64,000 nt of DNA from Vicugna vicugna (GCA_013265495.1 MU062559.1:5788577-5852576), one strand, 5' to 3'. Shown: positions 42,401-57,400, counted from the first letter of the stretch. Translations and numbers: made by a program. The notes: generated by a model from the sequence alone, not told the origin.

Positions 42401-45400
42401 GGGGAGGGTCATTTGGGTGTGCCCCCAACCGAAGCCTGAGCATTTCTTCTCCATTCTCCAGGCAGATGCTGTGGTTTGTTTAAAGTGGAGGGTGCAGGAG
42501 GCTGCCCTCTCCCACCTGTTTGCAGCTACATGGTGGGGGGAAAGCCCAGCCAGAGGAGGGTCCCTGAGGCTGTGCTGCCTCCAGGTTGGAAAAGACAGGC
42601 AGGGGGCCCTGAGAAAGAGTGGGAGGGGGCAGCAGAGACCAGATGAAGCCAAGACAAGTGGGAGGAGTGTTCCCAGGGCCCCACAGTGGCCCTGCAGGTG
42701 TGGCCTTGGTAGGAGCTCCCCAGAGCTCAGCACAGCACAGGAGCCCAAAGCTGGTCCTCACCTGCGTGGCACCTCCTGGTCAGCATACTTGACGGCTACT
42801 GTGTAGGGCCCATCAGTGGCTGGGGTGTAGTGGACAGTGTGGGTGCCATCTCCATTGTCACGCACCTCCACAGGCTCAGCCACACCTGGGCAAGGGAGCA
42901 GGGTCAGCAAAGCCTCCTGGCACCCTGTCCCATCTCTCTCCGCCCTGCCCATACATTCTCATACCTGTGGGGCCCAGCACGGCCACCTGCAGGGGGGCCC
43001 GGCCAGCTTGGCTGCAGTCTACCGTGAAGGTCTGGGGTACTCGGGCCCTGACACCAGCCCCCAGCCCCGGGCCCGAGCATTTGACCTTCCCAGGGTCCAC
43101 CACATCCTTCACCGGCACCCGGAACGGGCTCCCTGCAAGGAGAGAGACGTCAGCCCCTACCCACCTGCCTGGGAGGGGCTCCCTGACACTGAGGAACCAG
43201 GAGGAGGAGGCCTTCCATGCCTTTAAAATGCCCCAGGGAGGCCAGACCAAATGTGCAAACGCTTAGGAACTTGCTAAGAAAATGTAAACAAGGAGAAATA
43301 AACTTGGCTGCAGACCAAGGCTGTGCAAATCCACTTACTTAGGTCACAAGCCTGGAAGGCCTTTCTAAATTAATAGAATGTTAAAAGTGGAATATTTGTA
43401 AAAGAAAATACATTTTTGACAGTGTAAAATTAGATAAGGGGGGAAAATGTCCAATTTCAGCAGGCCCAAGTTATGCAATAATTGAAGGCATGACCCCTAC
43501 CCTGCCCCCACCCCTGAGCAGCTTATCCCTGCAGGAGAGCAGGGGGGTTCCTTGCTTTGTAAACAGTGAGAGCGAGAGGGTGTGAAAGGTGGCCCAGACT
43601 GTGTCTGAGAGACCAAACTCACAAGGTCTCGCGCTCCAGGCAAGGGGCCAGGACAGCAGTGCTGAGCTTCTGGGAATGAACTGCACCCACCGCCCTGCCT
43701 CTTGGCCATGACCGTGCCTGCCTGCTCAGCATTCTCTCTGCTGGCTGGACTGGTGGCCATCCTGCTCTGGGGATGAGTCTCCACACCCAACTTCCCTTCC
43801 AGTTTCCCTATCAGTGAGCTGGCCTCCTACTGCCCTCCCCAGCCCCACCCGCTCTCTGCACACCTGGGATGGGGCGGCCCCCAAAGGTGATGTTGACGTC
43901 GTAGTCTCCGGGGGTGAAGGGGATGTACTCCACGGTGCAGCTGCCGTCCTTGTTGTCCTTGCAGGACATCTTGGCTTCTGAGGGGCCCTCAATGGCCAGT
44001 CCTAGGCCCCCAGTGCCAGCTCCCCTACAAGAGGACCCCTCTGTCAGCCTCACTAGGACCACTGAGTGGAGATGAAGGAGCAGCTGAATAGGAGCTGAGG
44101 GCCAGGCTTAGAAGGGACCAGCTACAGGGGCTGCGACACTAGGGGAGGTTTGCACCCTTGATGGGGGATGGGCTGAGGATGAGGCACACGCAGACAGACA
44201 AAGGGGGAGGGCAAGTGGTTGGGATCAGGATGGCCACAGCTTCAGGGTCAAGGTTAGGAAAGGGAGAGATACCTGGTCTCCACAGTGAAGCGGTTGGCCT
44301 TGTTGACCAAGCCACCCTCTAGGCCAGGCCCAAAGGCCCGGACGCGAGTTGGGTCACAGCCCTCGGTCACGCCCACTCGGAATGGGCTCTTGGGCACAGC
44401 TACATCATCATACAACACCTCCACCAAATGCACGCCTAGAACCCGACCACAGGGTGCAAGTCAGGATGTGCACGGCCCCCTCCACCCCGCCCCCCTGAAA
44501 ATGCTGAGATCAGATCCCCACTGTCCCCACTCAGCCCAGTCCCTCACCCTCTTCATAGGCTGTATACTGCACTCGGTAGGTGCCATCCCCATTGTCTGTC
44601 ACATAGGTGTCTGTCTTAGCACCCGAGGGGTTGAGCACGCGAGCTGTCACATGGTTCCCACCCGTGGCAGTGAGGGATCTTGCATCCACAGTGAACTCAG
44701 TGGTCACCTCACGCAGGACACCTGGGTGCCAGGAGACAAGAGCTCAGTGTGGGTTTGGGGCAGCCTTCACACAGCTGCTCACCTCATCCCTCCCTTCCCA
44801 GCTCCCAGGTGGCTCCTCCTCTCCTCCTGTATTTCCCAGTCTGAGACCAGCCATCCTCTCAGGCCTGTGAGCTCCAGGCCCTGCCACCCACAGCCCCTGC
44901 CTCAGCTCCCTTCCCCACATGGTGACATTCTGTTCATGTAAGTCTCCCTACCAGGCTCTGGGCCCCTTGAGGGCAGGTATGGGTCTTACATCTTGCGCCC
45001 CCTGCCTCCATGCCCAGCCCAGGGTCTGGTCCCCAACAGATGATAACTCACATTCACTGAACTGAGCTGAACTGTGTCCTGAATCCTGTCACCCACTACC
45101 CCACAGCTTTCCCTCTGCACTATGGAGAGCAAGGTTCTTAGCTTTTTCAGATCATGGACCCCTTAAGCTGACGAAGGTAGAGGATCTCCCCAGCAAAATG
45201 CCCATGGGCAGATGCAGTTCTGCCACAAGACCAGAGGCAAAGCTCCATGTCCTTCCCTTGGCTTTGGCTCCTCTGGGGTGTCTGAGCTCTAAGGACTCCA
45301 GGGCTGCCCCAAAGCCCCCCGTTCACCTCACACTGCCCCCCAACGCCTTCAGCACTGCTTCCCGCCCTCCCTGACTGGCGCCATGACAGGCTCCTGGCTC

Positions 45401-48400
45401 CTCCTCCATCACTCACCATGTGGCTCCACACCAGGCCCTGAGACCTTGACCCCACTGGTGTCAACAGCGGGCTGCACGTGGACACGGGTGGGGAATTTGG
45501 GTACGGGGTGCCCGCCATACTTGATGGTAATGGTGTAGGTGCCAGGGAAGGCGGGGCTGTAGGTGATGTGGTAGGTGCCGTCAGCATTGTTGTGGATCAG
45601 CACCTCGGCCTTGACCCCGGCGTCCGACAGGATCTCGATGGTCAGCTCAGCCTCACCCGCCTCCGAGCAGTCCACAGTGAAGGTGGCAGCCTCGCCGGCC
45701 TTGCCACGCTCCAGGCCTGGCCCACTGGCCCGCACCTTGCTTGGGTCGAACACGGGCCGGATGGTAGCCTTGAAGGGCGAGCCGGGGATGTGGGCTTCGG
45801 CAAACAGGATGTTGATGGTGTACTCGCCCGGCTCCGTGGGCAGGTAGCTGACAGCACATGAGCCATCACCGTTGTCCTGGCACTCAATCTTGGCCTCGCA
45901 GGGGCCCTCCACGGTCAGCCCCAGACCACCTGTGCCCGCCCCCTTGGTGTCAATGGAGAAGGGCGCTGGTGTGCCTACCAGCCCGCCCTTGAGACCAGGG
46001 CCGTAAGCACAGACCTAGAGGAAGGAGCAGGTGTGTGGGTTACCTACACCTGGCCTCTCCCATGCCCAGCCTTCATGGCTCCCTGTGAAAGCTAAGCACT
46101 TTCAACTGTAGCAGCTACTACAGACTGAATCCTTATAACAATTCCACGTGAGGAAATGGAGGCAAAGAAATTGAATAATTTGTCCCAGTTGGTGGACCTG
46201 AGATTGAAGTCAGGCTCTTAATAACTCAGCTGTCTCAAAGGCAGGTCCTGAAGTGGGGGACTGCCTCGGCCCCGGGTCCTTGGCTGTGCTCCCTCCAGGA
46301 CATAAGGCCCTCTGGTCTCTGCCCCTATGACTTATTCATCTTTCCTACAAGCCCCCAATTCCCAGCTCCCACCAGCCCCCGTCTCCTCACCTTGGAGGGG
46401 TCAGGAGGTAAGACACCCTCCACAGTGAAGGGGCTGCCAGGCACCGGGTGACCATCATAGGTGATGTCCACCTTGTAGGGCCCCTCCTCAGGGGGCATGT
46501 AACGCACAGCCTGGGTGTCGGCTCCACCCCCAGGTTCCAGTTTGCAGGGGATGGGTCGTCGGGAGGGTGAGGTCATCCGCACGTCCAGCTGGCCCTGACC
46601 ACCAGCCCCTCGTGTGTTCACAGAGAATGCCTGTTCTTGCCCCACAGCGACCTCTGTGTAGAGAGCAAGGGACACAGTGAGCAGAGACTCCAGCCCACCC
46701 CAGCCAACACCCCTCACTCTCAGGTCAGCTCTTGCCCTCACTTACTGCTGTTGAGGCCTTGAACTTTGACTTTGCTAAGGTCCAGCGGGGGTGCCACATT
46801 CACCACAAAGGGGCTCTTGGGGACAGGATCTCCACCATAGGTCACTGTCACTGCCATGTTGCCCTATTGGATACAACAGGTCAGAATTGGGTGGCTTAGA
46901 AACAGCCTGGCAACATGCCCTTGGCCGATGTGGGCCTGAGGCACAGAGATCCACAGCAAGAGAGGATGGGAGGCAGGAAAGAGGCCAGAATCCAGAACTG
47001 GCCCTATGAGCCTGGAGGAAGGAGACCTAGGACGCCAGCCAGGATGAGTAGGGCAAGGGAGGGGGTGGGCACACCTGCTGGACGGCCGTGTACTTGACAG
47101 TGTAGGAGTAGTCATGGTTGTCGATGATTTCAAAGTCCCGCACAGCCTCGCCCTTGGCGGCCCCAGCAAAGTGCACGTCCAGCTTGGCCTTGCCAGCTCC
47201 CTTGGTCAGCACCGTGAAGTGAGTGGGTTTCCCAACTTCCACACCTGGGGAGCCCACACCAAGATGGTGGTGAGGGACTGGCGGCCAATTACTCCTAATC
47301 CCAGCTCGGCCCAGCCCCTTCCCAGACACCAACCTGTCCGGTTCAGCCCAGGGCCCTCAGCCTTGACTTTGCTGGCGTCATGGGATGGGTCCACCTTGAT
47401 ATGGAAGGGGCTGGCGGGGATCTCCTGGAGGGAGAAAAGGCTTGGTCAGGGTGGACATGAGCAGTCTCTGAGGTATACTGACTGCCCACAGGAAGTGCTC
47501 AATGGCTGTGGAACTGTTCCCAAAGGACAGCCTCTCAAGTTGCTGGCTGAGTCTAGGGGGTGCTGCCACCAATGACAACTAAAAGCCAGGTGTAGGGTAC
47601 CTGGTTGGCAAACAGCACCATGATGGTGTAGCGGCCGGCCCCTGGGGGTGTGTACTTGACTGTGAAGGTGTCATTGTCATTCTTGATGATGTCAAAGTCG
47701 ATGTCAGCCTCTGCAGGACCCACCACACCGGGGGCGCACTTGATGCCAATGCTCACATCGCCTGAAGGGAGGCAGGCAAGAGGCCATGAGTGTGGGCCTC
47801 AACAACCTCCTGCACTCTGCACCTCTGCCTTGAAATAGGCAGAGGTACTGGCTCCTCCCAGCCAGACCCCGCCCTGGCCCCGCCCCACTCCCTCCCCACC
47901 TCCAGGCCCACCTTGCCCTGCCTCGCTGCAGTCCACAGTGAAGTAGGTGGGCTCATTAGCCTTGAGGCCTGTCTTCTCCACGCCTGGGCCATAGACTTTC
48001 ACCCGCTCGGGGTGACTGCCCTCTCCCACGTTTACCTGTGGGGAGGAGATGACGCTCAGCACAGTGCCCCTCCATCAAGTCCCATCCCCTCCCCCAGCAC
48101 TACCAGCGCCGGCCTTAGTAGGACCAATCTTAGCCTCTTCGCTGGGGCCTTGAGGTGGGGGTGCCATGACAGGGCTCACGGACAGCCAACATCTCCCGCG
48201 TGGGGCTCCGCCCTCCCTCTGGGGCCCCGGCAGTGGGTACAGTACAAGACGCAGAGGACGTACCCGGAAGGGGCTCTTGGGTACGTTGACACCTCCCCAG
48301 GAGATGATGATGGTGTGCTTAATGGGCTTGGTGGGCACATAGGAGCAGCGGAAGGTGCCATCGCCATTGGGGATGACTTTGATGTCGATAGGGCAGCCGT

Positions 48401-51400
48401 CTGCGTCCTGTGGGCATCACCCAAAGCAAGGTTCTTAGAACGCTCCGGCCTCCTCAGAGCACTGGCGCCCTCTGCTGGCCGACACACTCACAGGCCTCGC
48501 CCCTGCCACAGACCTCAGACCACAAGCCTAGTGCCACGAGCTCTGGTGGCCAGGGAGCACCCTGGAAGCCAGGAGATGGGGCTCTAGGCCATCTGTGTGG
48601 CCTGTTCTCTCCCAACCTAGGTCTCTGAAATATGTTGTCAGGGGAGAAGCTCAGCTAAATCAACGTTCCTAAAATTGAATAATGAGCCGTTTAAAGAAGA
48701 ATCATCCTCTTGGACCCAAGAATACATTCATTAACCTCTAGGGATCAATGGACAACAGTTTGAGAAATTCACCTGGGAAACCAATCTCTTACTCAATCAA
48801 ATCATCTTTTAATTAAAAATTGTCACTATACAAATACATTTTTGGTAAAATGTTTTTAAGATTATCATTAGGAAGAAAACACAAAACTTTAAATTCTCCA
48901 TAGTTATTATGGATCCATGAGACTCAGTCCTGTGATGCCTGGATGCCCCTTTCTCTAACCTGCCCCATCCTCCCAGGGTCCCTGCTACAGCAGTGAGGGG
49001 CAGCGAGTTCAGGCAACACACTACCTGGGCATAGAGCTTCAGGTCTCCCTTGCCAGCTGCACGGGCATCAATGGTGAACTCTGCTGGCTTGTCCACGATG
49101 CAGCCAGTGGGCTCCAGGCCAGGCCCAAAGGCCTTCACCTGTGCAGGAGCAAGAGAAGAGGGCTGGGTTGGGTACTGGAGGAGAGCCATTCACCTTGTCC
49201 CGGGCCCACGGGCAGAAGCGGGGACCACACCTTGTCTGGGAAGCAGTCGGGTGGCGCTGGCTGGATGTGAGCAATGAAGGGTGAGTCACGGATGTCCTCA
49301 TCGTCGCAAATGACATGCACAGCGTACTCCCCTGGCTCTGTGGGCCAGTACCGCACATCGCAGGAGCCATCTCCCTTGTCATCACACTCAATCTTGGCCT
49401 GCGAAGGCCCCTCAATGGAGAAGCCTAGGTGTGAGGTGGGGAGGGTTAGAGGGCACAAGAGGCAATTTGGACCCTCAGGCAGGTCCCCCATCACTCCCCT
49501 CCCCAGCATCACCACCCTGGTCACCCCTATGTCCCATCTCCCCATCTCATCTCAGACTCGCCAGAATTCCTGCCTCCTGTTCCCCAGTCACTTCCCAGTG
49601 TCCCTCCATCACACCACTCCTCAGCACGCCCACCTGCTGCCATCCAGCCACTTACCCAGTGTTCCCACCTCGGTGCCAATGGCCTCCACCACAAAGTCAG
49701 CTGATTTTCCCACCTGGCCAGTTTCCAAACCGGGACCCCAGGCCCGTACCTTCTGCACTCCTGCCTCTGGGCTCACCTGTACCTCAAAGGGGCTGAGGAA
49801 AGAGGGAGCTGGTGTCAATGCTGGGCGGTGCCCCCATCAGAGGTACTCCTCCTCCCTTCCCTCAGAGTCCCAGGCAGTCCGCCTCCCTCCTCCCACCCTA
49901 TGAGGGCCCAAACAGGAAGGCACAGGGGTTGCATGGTGCTTACCTGCGGGGAATCGCATAGCCGCCCCACGTGATGGTCACCACGTACTTCCCGGGCACC
50001 ACGGGGTAGTACTCACACTCGAACACACCATCCCCAGCCTCCCGCACCTTCACTGGCTCCTCTGTGCCCTCTGAGGAGATGTGGGGAGTAGGGGTATCAA
50101 TGGCCTGTGAGTCCCAGCTCCTCGATCCCCTTGGGATCCAGAACCCTGGGGACCCAGGCCCAGCCTGAGGGCAGTGTTGCTAGTAGGCAGTGCTGAAAGT
50201 CCAGGCAGGGACCACGCGTCATCCCCATGCATAACACCCTGGGGTAGCCATAGGGCAGAGAGCAACATTTACAGCTTGCAGACAGTGAGACCGAGGCAGA
50301 TATAAGACAATGTGCACCTTTGTGTCTCTTTTAGAGCCCCAACAGGGGTACGTGGTGCTGGCTGTCACTGCCCTCAGGGAGTTAAACCACTGGCCGAATC
50401 TTCTCCCTGCACCCTGACCCTCACTGGCCCTGGGCCCTGCCACTCACTTGGTCCTTTGACTGTGACCTTGAGTTCCCCGCTGCCAGCACCCTTGGTGAAC
50501 ACCTTGAAGTCAGCCACCTCTTTGACACGTACACCCTTGGGCTGCAGGCCCCGCCCAGAGGCACGGCAGGCATTGGGGTTACAGGCTGGGAGGAAGAGAA
50601 GAGGCGGGGTTGGGGGCACTGAGGGGCCCTAGACAGATCCTCAGCCTCCCACCATTTGTCCCCCACCTCCCTGTGCACAGTCCTCCCGACACCCACAGAC
50701 ACAGGCCATGGCCTCATGCAACCCTCCCCTGGGCTCCCTGGTGCCCCGGACACCACTGGGAGCCATGCTAGGCAGGGGGCCGGCCACAGCGCCCCTAGCC
50801 CCCCTCATCAGGCTGGCTATAAGAAACCCTTCCCGCTGGGCTTCTCAGAGTCAGTGTCGCCTGGGACAAAGGCATGGCAGAGCCTGGGCAGAGACTTGAG
50901 CAGAGACACAGGGAAGGGCGCCTTACCCACCCCAAGGCCATCCACCTAGAACCATCTGAGCCTTCTCAGAGCTACCACAGCAGCTTTGGGAATGACATGC
51001 CACAAAACACTCAGCAACATCATGGAACGAGAGGTATTCATATAACAAGAAGCCTGCCACAGATCACAGGCAATGCATGGGAGTCAGCCTGCCACAGAAC
51101 ACTGCCAGTGGCAATGAACCCAGACTTTGCTACTGAACACAGGCCAAAGAACAGTGATCTCAACCTGCCACGGAACACATAAAATGGCATGGAACTTAAG
51201 GGTGCCACCAAACAGGCAACGACATATAATCCAGGCCTGCCACAGAACAGACAATGGCACGGAACTGAGATCTTCATCACAGAACTCATCAGGCAAGTGG
51301 CAAGAAACGAGATCTGCCACAGAACATAAGCAAAGGCATGGAACCTGGGGCCTGTCACAGAATGCCACGGAAGGGGGCAACTCCACACCGCTCGGGCCAT

Positions 51401-54400
51401 GCCACACAGCACAGGTGAGACCAGTCAGCTATGGCCATGCCTGGCCCCGCCTCCGCTGGCGTGTACTAACGTGGTGCCACTCTCCTGGCCTGGTGGACGA
51501 TGGGCACAGAGGGGGCGAGAGGCGGCAAGGGCTCTGAGTGGTAGAGAGAGAACCGAGTGGGGGGAGTCACCACCTGAGGGCCTGCCCTACAGGGGCTCAC
51601 CGTCCCTTTTCCCTCGCCCTTTCATGGTGGCGCTTGTCTGGTATCCTTCTCTGAGGCCTCCTGACCCTTCTCAGGGACGGGATGGACAGATGATCTCTCA
51701 AGAGCCCCACCCCTTGGCTCTTCCTTCTGCCCATTTTAAGCCTTCAGATGGCTCCCCTCAACCAACCCCTGGATTTAGTGCTTCATTTCCTATGAATCCT
51801 CAGACTCAGAATTTGGTGGAAATGCTCTCTGCGTCCTGGCCTCAGCGAGGGAGATGGTAAGGATGGGTGAAGGGCCTTTACCTTCTGCCACATGGACGGG
51901 GAAAGGACTGCGGGTGATGGGGGCACCAGCGAAGGCCACATGCACCGTGTGGGGCCCCTCCATCACAGGCCTGTATGTGCAGCGGAACGTGCTGTCGCCT
52001 TTGTCCTCCAGGGCCACCTCCACTGTGTCCCGCCGGCCCTGCGGGTCCACGATCACCACAGCAACATCACCAGTGCCAGCCCCTGTCACGACAATGGCGA
52101 TTAGCCCCCATTCTGGACATGCACAGATGTTCAGGGATCCCTCCCCCAAGACCACCCCTCTCTGGCTGGGACCCTGCCCCAGTCCCCCACGCACACCCTC
52201 CCCATGCTGTGAGGGGCTGCCCGCCTGAAACCTCCTAGGACCCTTCCTCACCTGCTGTGTAGATGTCAAAGTAGGTGGGTTTGTTGGCCACGTTGCCCAC
52301 AGGCTCCAGGCCAGGACCACGGGCTGACACCTTGTTGGCATCCCCCAGGGCCATGCCCACATTCACCTCAAAGGGGCTGCGTTCGATGTTCTGGCCAGCA
52401 AAGAGCACGGTCACCTGGGGGTCAAGGGCCAGAGATTAGCTAGAGGAGAGGAGCTAGAGGAGAGCAGCTCTGAGAGGGGGTGGAGGAGCAGAGCAGAGCC
52501 AAGGTGGGTGGGAGGTGGGTGGCCGGTGCACGGCCAGGATGTGAATGGAATGGGGAGGTCAGGGGAGGTCCTGCAGGGAGATACCTTGTGCAAGCCGGCG
52601 ACCTTGGGCACATAGGAGACAGCGTAGGTGCGGTTCTTGTCGTTGTTGGGAACCACTTTGGCCTATTGGGAACGGAAAAGACTGGCAATCACAGTGGCTG
52701 TAGCCCCTCCTGACCCCACAGCACCTGGAGGCCCAAACGGTAAGCACCCCGCCCCTGTCCCCAGCACAGTGGGTGACTCTGGCAGCCATCACCAGGCCAA
52801 TGCTATTGTTGGCCTGTGGACTCTTGTCCCATCCCACGCTAATCCCCCTCGTCCCAGAGGCCTCTCCATACCTCCTCAGTGTGGCCCTCGGGATCCTCGA
52901 TGTAGACCAGCACCTCGCCCACACCAGCATCCACCGTCTGCACGGTGAAGTGTGCGGGCTGCAGCACAGTGTTGCCCTGGGGCTCGATGCCTGAGGGGCA
53001 GAAAGTGGAGACAGATAACTTAGGGAGATCCTTCCAAGCCTGTGCCCAGCTGTCTGGGGCGGACTGCCAGGGGCTCAGCACATACCAGGCCCATAGGCAA
53101 TGGCCTTCTTGGGGTTCAGCTGCTTGGAGCGAACAGGGGCACCAGGTTTGAGTTTGGCCTTGGGGAACTGGGACAGGTAGGTCATGACAGAATGCTCATC
53201 CACATTGGGGTCCACAATCTCCTCGGGGGCAATCACCTGCCACAGGGAGGAAGGGAGTTACAAGGTGCCCTCCTTACCCAGCAACCTCGGTTCTCCCCAC
53301 ATCCTGACCGGATATCCCTACAGACCCAACTCCATCCTTGGCCCTCTGGCCCCTAGACTCTCCCGCTGCCTGATCCGTCAGCGTACCTGGGGCACCCCGA
53401 GCCAGTCGTCCGCCTGCTGCATGGCCTCCCGGGCGTTCTCCACAGGCTGGTTGGGGTCCCAGGCCTCCCAGTCAGGGCAGAGGCCTGGAGAGATGGCAGA
53501 GGGAGGCAATGATTAGGGGAAAGTGGTCAGCCAGAATACAGAGCATTTGCTGGCCCAAGACTGTCACAGGCTGTGAGTTCACGCTCCCTCCCACACAGCT
53601 CTGGGGCCCTGACCAGCCAGGTTTCTGCTGACCCTCTATGCTGTAGCCCATCAGCTGGGATGCCCATCGCTGTTTAGAGGAACGGCAGCCCTCCCGAGCA
53701 CCAACAATGAGGCCTTTCTGTCCCAGCTGACGCAGCCTGGCACCAGCCCTGCCAGCCAGCCTCCTGCCTGCCCAGGCCCCAGCACTGATCCTGAACACCA
53801 CACCCCTATAAGGGCACCCCTGGCAGATCTCTCCTGCCTCATTCCAGCTGCCTCTGGGGTGGGCAGTCCCTGTCCGGCACAAGTCCCTGACCCATCTCCT
53901 GGAAGGTCTTCTCCCAGCTGCCCTGAAGCCCTAGATCTCCAAGCATTTCGCACATCAGCCTTGGGGCATGACTCTCTCTCCTTCCTAACTGCCCATTTGG
54001 GGAAACAAAGGCATTGAAGGGCCTATTGGGAGAGGATGGGTTCTTCTTTCTGGTCACCCAGAACCCAGCCCTTCTAATGGGAGGAATGCTGAGGTCACTC
54101 CTGGGAAGGCTTAATGCTAGGTTACTGGGTACTTGGTCCAAGCCAGAGCTGGAGAGGAGGGCAATGCTAACTGGTGGGGAGTGGACCAGCTCAAAGGCTG
54201 GAATCCATGACTGGCCAGAACAGCTGAGCTCACTGCTGGCAGTCGCATCAGCGTGGGCAATGGCTCAGCAGCTGGGAATGCTTCCCAGGCAGCCGGACGG
54301 TGCCCCCGCCTCCCACCCCCTGCTCCCGGGCTGACCCCAGGCTGGGGGAGGATTCCCCCAAGGGGCCATGGCTCCCTAGAGGCAGAGGGGAAGAGAAGAC

Positions 54401-57400
54401 CTATCTTCCCAGGAGAGGAGGGTCAGAAAGGGAGTAACACATGGGGTAGGGCTCTAGTCCGTGATGCTTGTCTTCTTGTGGGCCCTGAGCTGCCCCCACC
54501 TGACTAGGCCGGGGCCTACACTGACTGAGGGTAGGGCTGGGTCACCTGCCACTGGGCAGGGTCACACCAGCCTCAGCCCACATCATCCTGGGTCTCATCC
54601 CCTTCTCAAAGCTGTGCTAGGGTCTCATAAAGAGGAGCCTCTGTGGGTCTAAGTCCTGGCCTTCTTTCTACAAGTCCCACCGCATTTCCTCTCTCCCGGC
54701 TGAGCAGAAATGGCATCCTTATAGCAAACTAGGAAGTTCACAGAGCAGGGAGTCGAGGTCTTGGGCTCTGGTTCAGTGCAGCCTCAGATAAGCTGTGTGA
54801 TCTTGGACAAGTCACAGGCCTTCTCCAGACCTCAGTGACCTTGTCTGTAAAATCTTCTGCTATTGCAGGAATTGGCAACTCATCAGGGAGGGCCTAACTC
54901 TGGCAGTGGTTCCCAGCTGGACCAGGGGGTCCTGATCCCCCAGCCCTGAGACACTCATTCTGACAAACACAAGCCTCGGCACCACCAGTTCAGCTCAGCT
55001 CTCCCTCCAGGGTCAGGGGTCCATGGAGTGCTGCTGTCCTACTCACCGGGGGCACAGTTGTCCACCAGGGCGCCCAGCGCTTTGCCGTCCTGCCAGTCAC
55101 GGTTAAAGTTGGTGATGGGCAACTGGGGCACCTTGTTCTGGATCCAGCCGAGCAGACGCTGCTTGGGGGTCTGCTTGCGGGCATCCTCATCATCCTCATC
55201 CTCCCACATCGGCATGGAGATGGAGTAGTGCAGGATCAGTGTCCAGATCAGGCCTAGGATCAGCTTCAGGTTCCCATCCACGATGGCCTTGCTGTCTGCA
55301 GAGCAGAGGGGACAAGCTGGGCTCGGGAGGGCTTGGGAGGGCCCGGGACTCTCTCCCGGCACAGTGCCCTCTCCCCTGCCCAGCTCCTGAGGCTGCTGCT
55401 AGTGCTGGGGTCAGGCCTCCTTCTGGAACCTACCCCTTCTCTGCCCACCAAATTCTCTCCCTCCTGCGAAGCCTGGCCCAGAGACCCAGCCCTTGACAAA
55501 TCCCCCCTTCTCCCTTCAGAAGGCTGTTTCCCAATGTGTTCCTATGGCAAGTAATTTCACCTATAGCACTGCACTTATCAGGCTACAGGTATCCATGCAA
55601 TTATGCGAGACTATAAGCCTCTTGGGGTCAGACACTGTTGTTTTGTTTCCTTTCATTTTTTAACACTTTGATTTGAGGTATGCTTGACATACAACAAACT
55701 GTACATATTAGAAAGTACAATTGGATACTTTTTTTTTTTTTGAGTCTGTATGTACCCAGAAAGCCATCGTCACAAATCAAGATAATAAATGTTTCTGTCT
55801 CTCCCCAAAGTTTTCTTTCCTTTGTGACCTGTTCCTCCTGTCCCTTCTTGTCCATCCTTCCCAGGCAATAACTGATCTACTCTTAGTCACTACAGATTAG
55901 TTTGCATTCTCTAGAGTTCTACATGAATAGAATCATACAGTATGTATTCTTTTTAGGTCTGGCTTCTTCCCTTCTAGATAGTATTTTATCTTTCTATACT
56001 CAGAGTCTAGAACTTAGTAGAATTTCAATAAGTACTGGTTGAAAGAACGAATATTTTAAAACCTGAAGTTGGAGAGAAGTAGAACCAACCTGGTTCCAGC
56101 CAGATTCTACTCTGAACACTATAAAAGGCTTTTGGAACTAAGTTCTGGGAGGAGGGAGGGGGTATAGTGCATGTTCTGTTAAGGCCTGAAAACCATGCTT
56201 TCAAATGACAGGGGCGGCTAGTGAGATTTCACAAGAGCTGGAGGAGTGTTATCCATGTGGACTCAAGTCTCAGAAGCTGAGACTCTCAATTCATCCCCTC
56301 CTTTGAGGAAGACTATGGACCAGAACTGGTACCCCACGGTTTTGGGGGCCTAGTTCTCCTTTAATAGCCAGAGAGAAATATCCAGGAACTGCAGGTGGCA
56401 TAGAGTATAGATCATTGGAAACCAGCTTATTTGTAAAAGACAATGCTGGCCTGAAATCCATCAGCTTCCCTGAGCACTGCTTTTAGGAGGCTGGGAAGGG
56501 GTGGAAGACAGCCTTGTTTATTGGTGTTGCCTGAGAGATGGGAAGGGTGGGGCTGGAAGTGCCCCCTTCCACATCTTTTCCTGCCTGCCCCTAGATCTTG
56601 GGAGATAACCTTAGGAGAGTGAAGGCCTGGGGGAACCCCAGTATTCCACCCCCCACCCCCGACCTGCTTCAGGAGGGGAATCTCAGTCTCTCTGTCCCTC
56701 TGGCTTTGGGCCCTGGCCCCCATGGCTCCCCCACCCTTTCACTGATTCATCCTTCCTTCCCTAGCAGCTCCCCAGGCCCGCCCCTTCTCCCCCTGGCTCC
56801 ACTGCAGCACAATGGTTTGGCAGCTTGCAGATTCCATGACACACTCAATCCCAGCCTCCCGGTGCTTTGGTGCATTCTCTCTCAAATACACACAGGCCCA
56901 CAACACTTTCACACAGTCTTGACACCCAGGGCCTCACAGCCTCTCACAACCCTGACAGCCTCCAAAGCTGGTGCTCACACACCCAGATGCTTCTTACAAA
57001 CTGGAGCCAGATCCCTGGGAGGGAGGTCTTGAGGCTGCTGGCACTGGGGGTTGGGAGGGGGGTCATTCATATTTGCTGCAGGGAGAGGTTTCTCCCCAGC
57101 AACTGGCCCTGGGCCAGACAGCAAGTGGTCCTGGTCAGCAGGAGAGGGGTGGATCCAGAGTCCCACTCTGGGAGCAGTGACCATCCTCTCCCTCCTCCCC
57201 CTCGGAGGCCAGGCAGAAAAGGGGAGTTCTGCTCAAGCCAGGCTTCATCCTTTGCACCCTACTGGGGATACCACCAAAAGGGTGGGAGGAGTCTGAGAGC
57301 CAGTCCCTGAGGCCACCCCAGGCCTCAAAGAGGAGGGGGAGGAGAGAGGGCCCAGTGAGGGAGGTGCCGGGACAGCTGCTGCCCCCTCCAGCCCCTCCCT

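Noticed and set aside
36752-48587. Long plus-strand ORFs opposite FLNC exons (for example 36752..37579 and 47790..48587)
   Set aside because: Typical antisense shadows of GC3-rich coding exons. An antisense lncRNA such as human FLNC-AS1 cannot be supported from sequence alone.
50998-51373. CRISPR-like appearance of the intron 8 array
   Set aside because: Eukaryotic intron, 11-bp degenerate cores, spacers under 10 nt and no cas genes; kept only as a periodic repeat.
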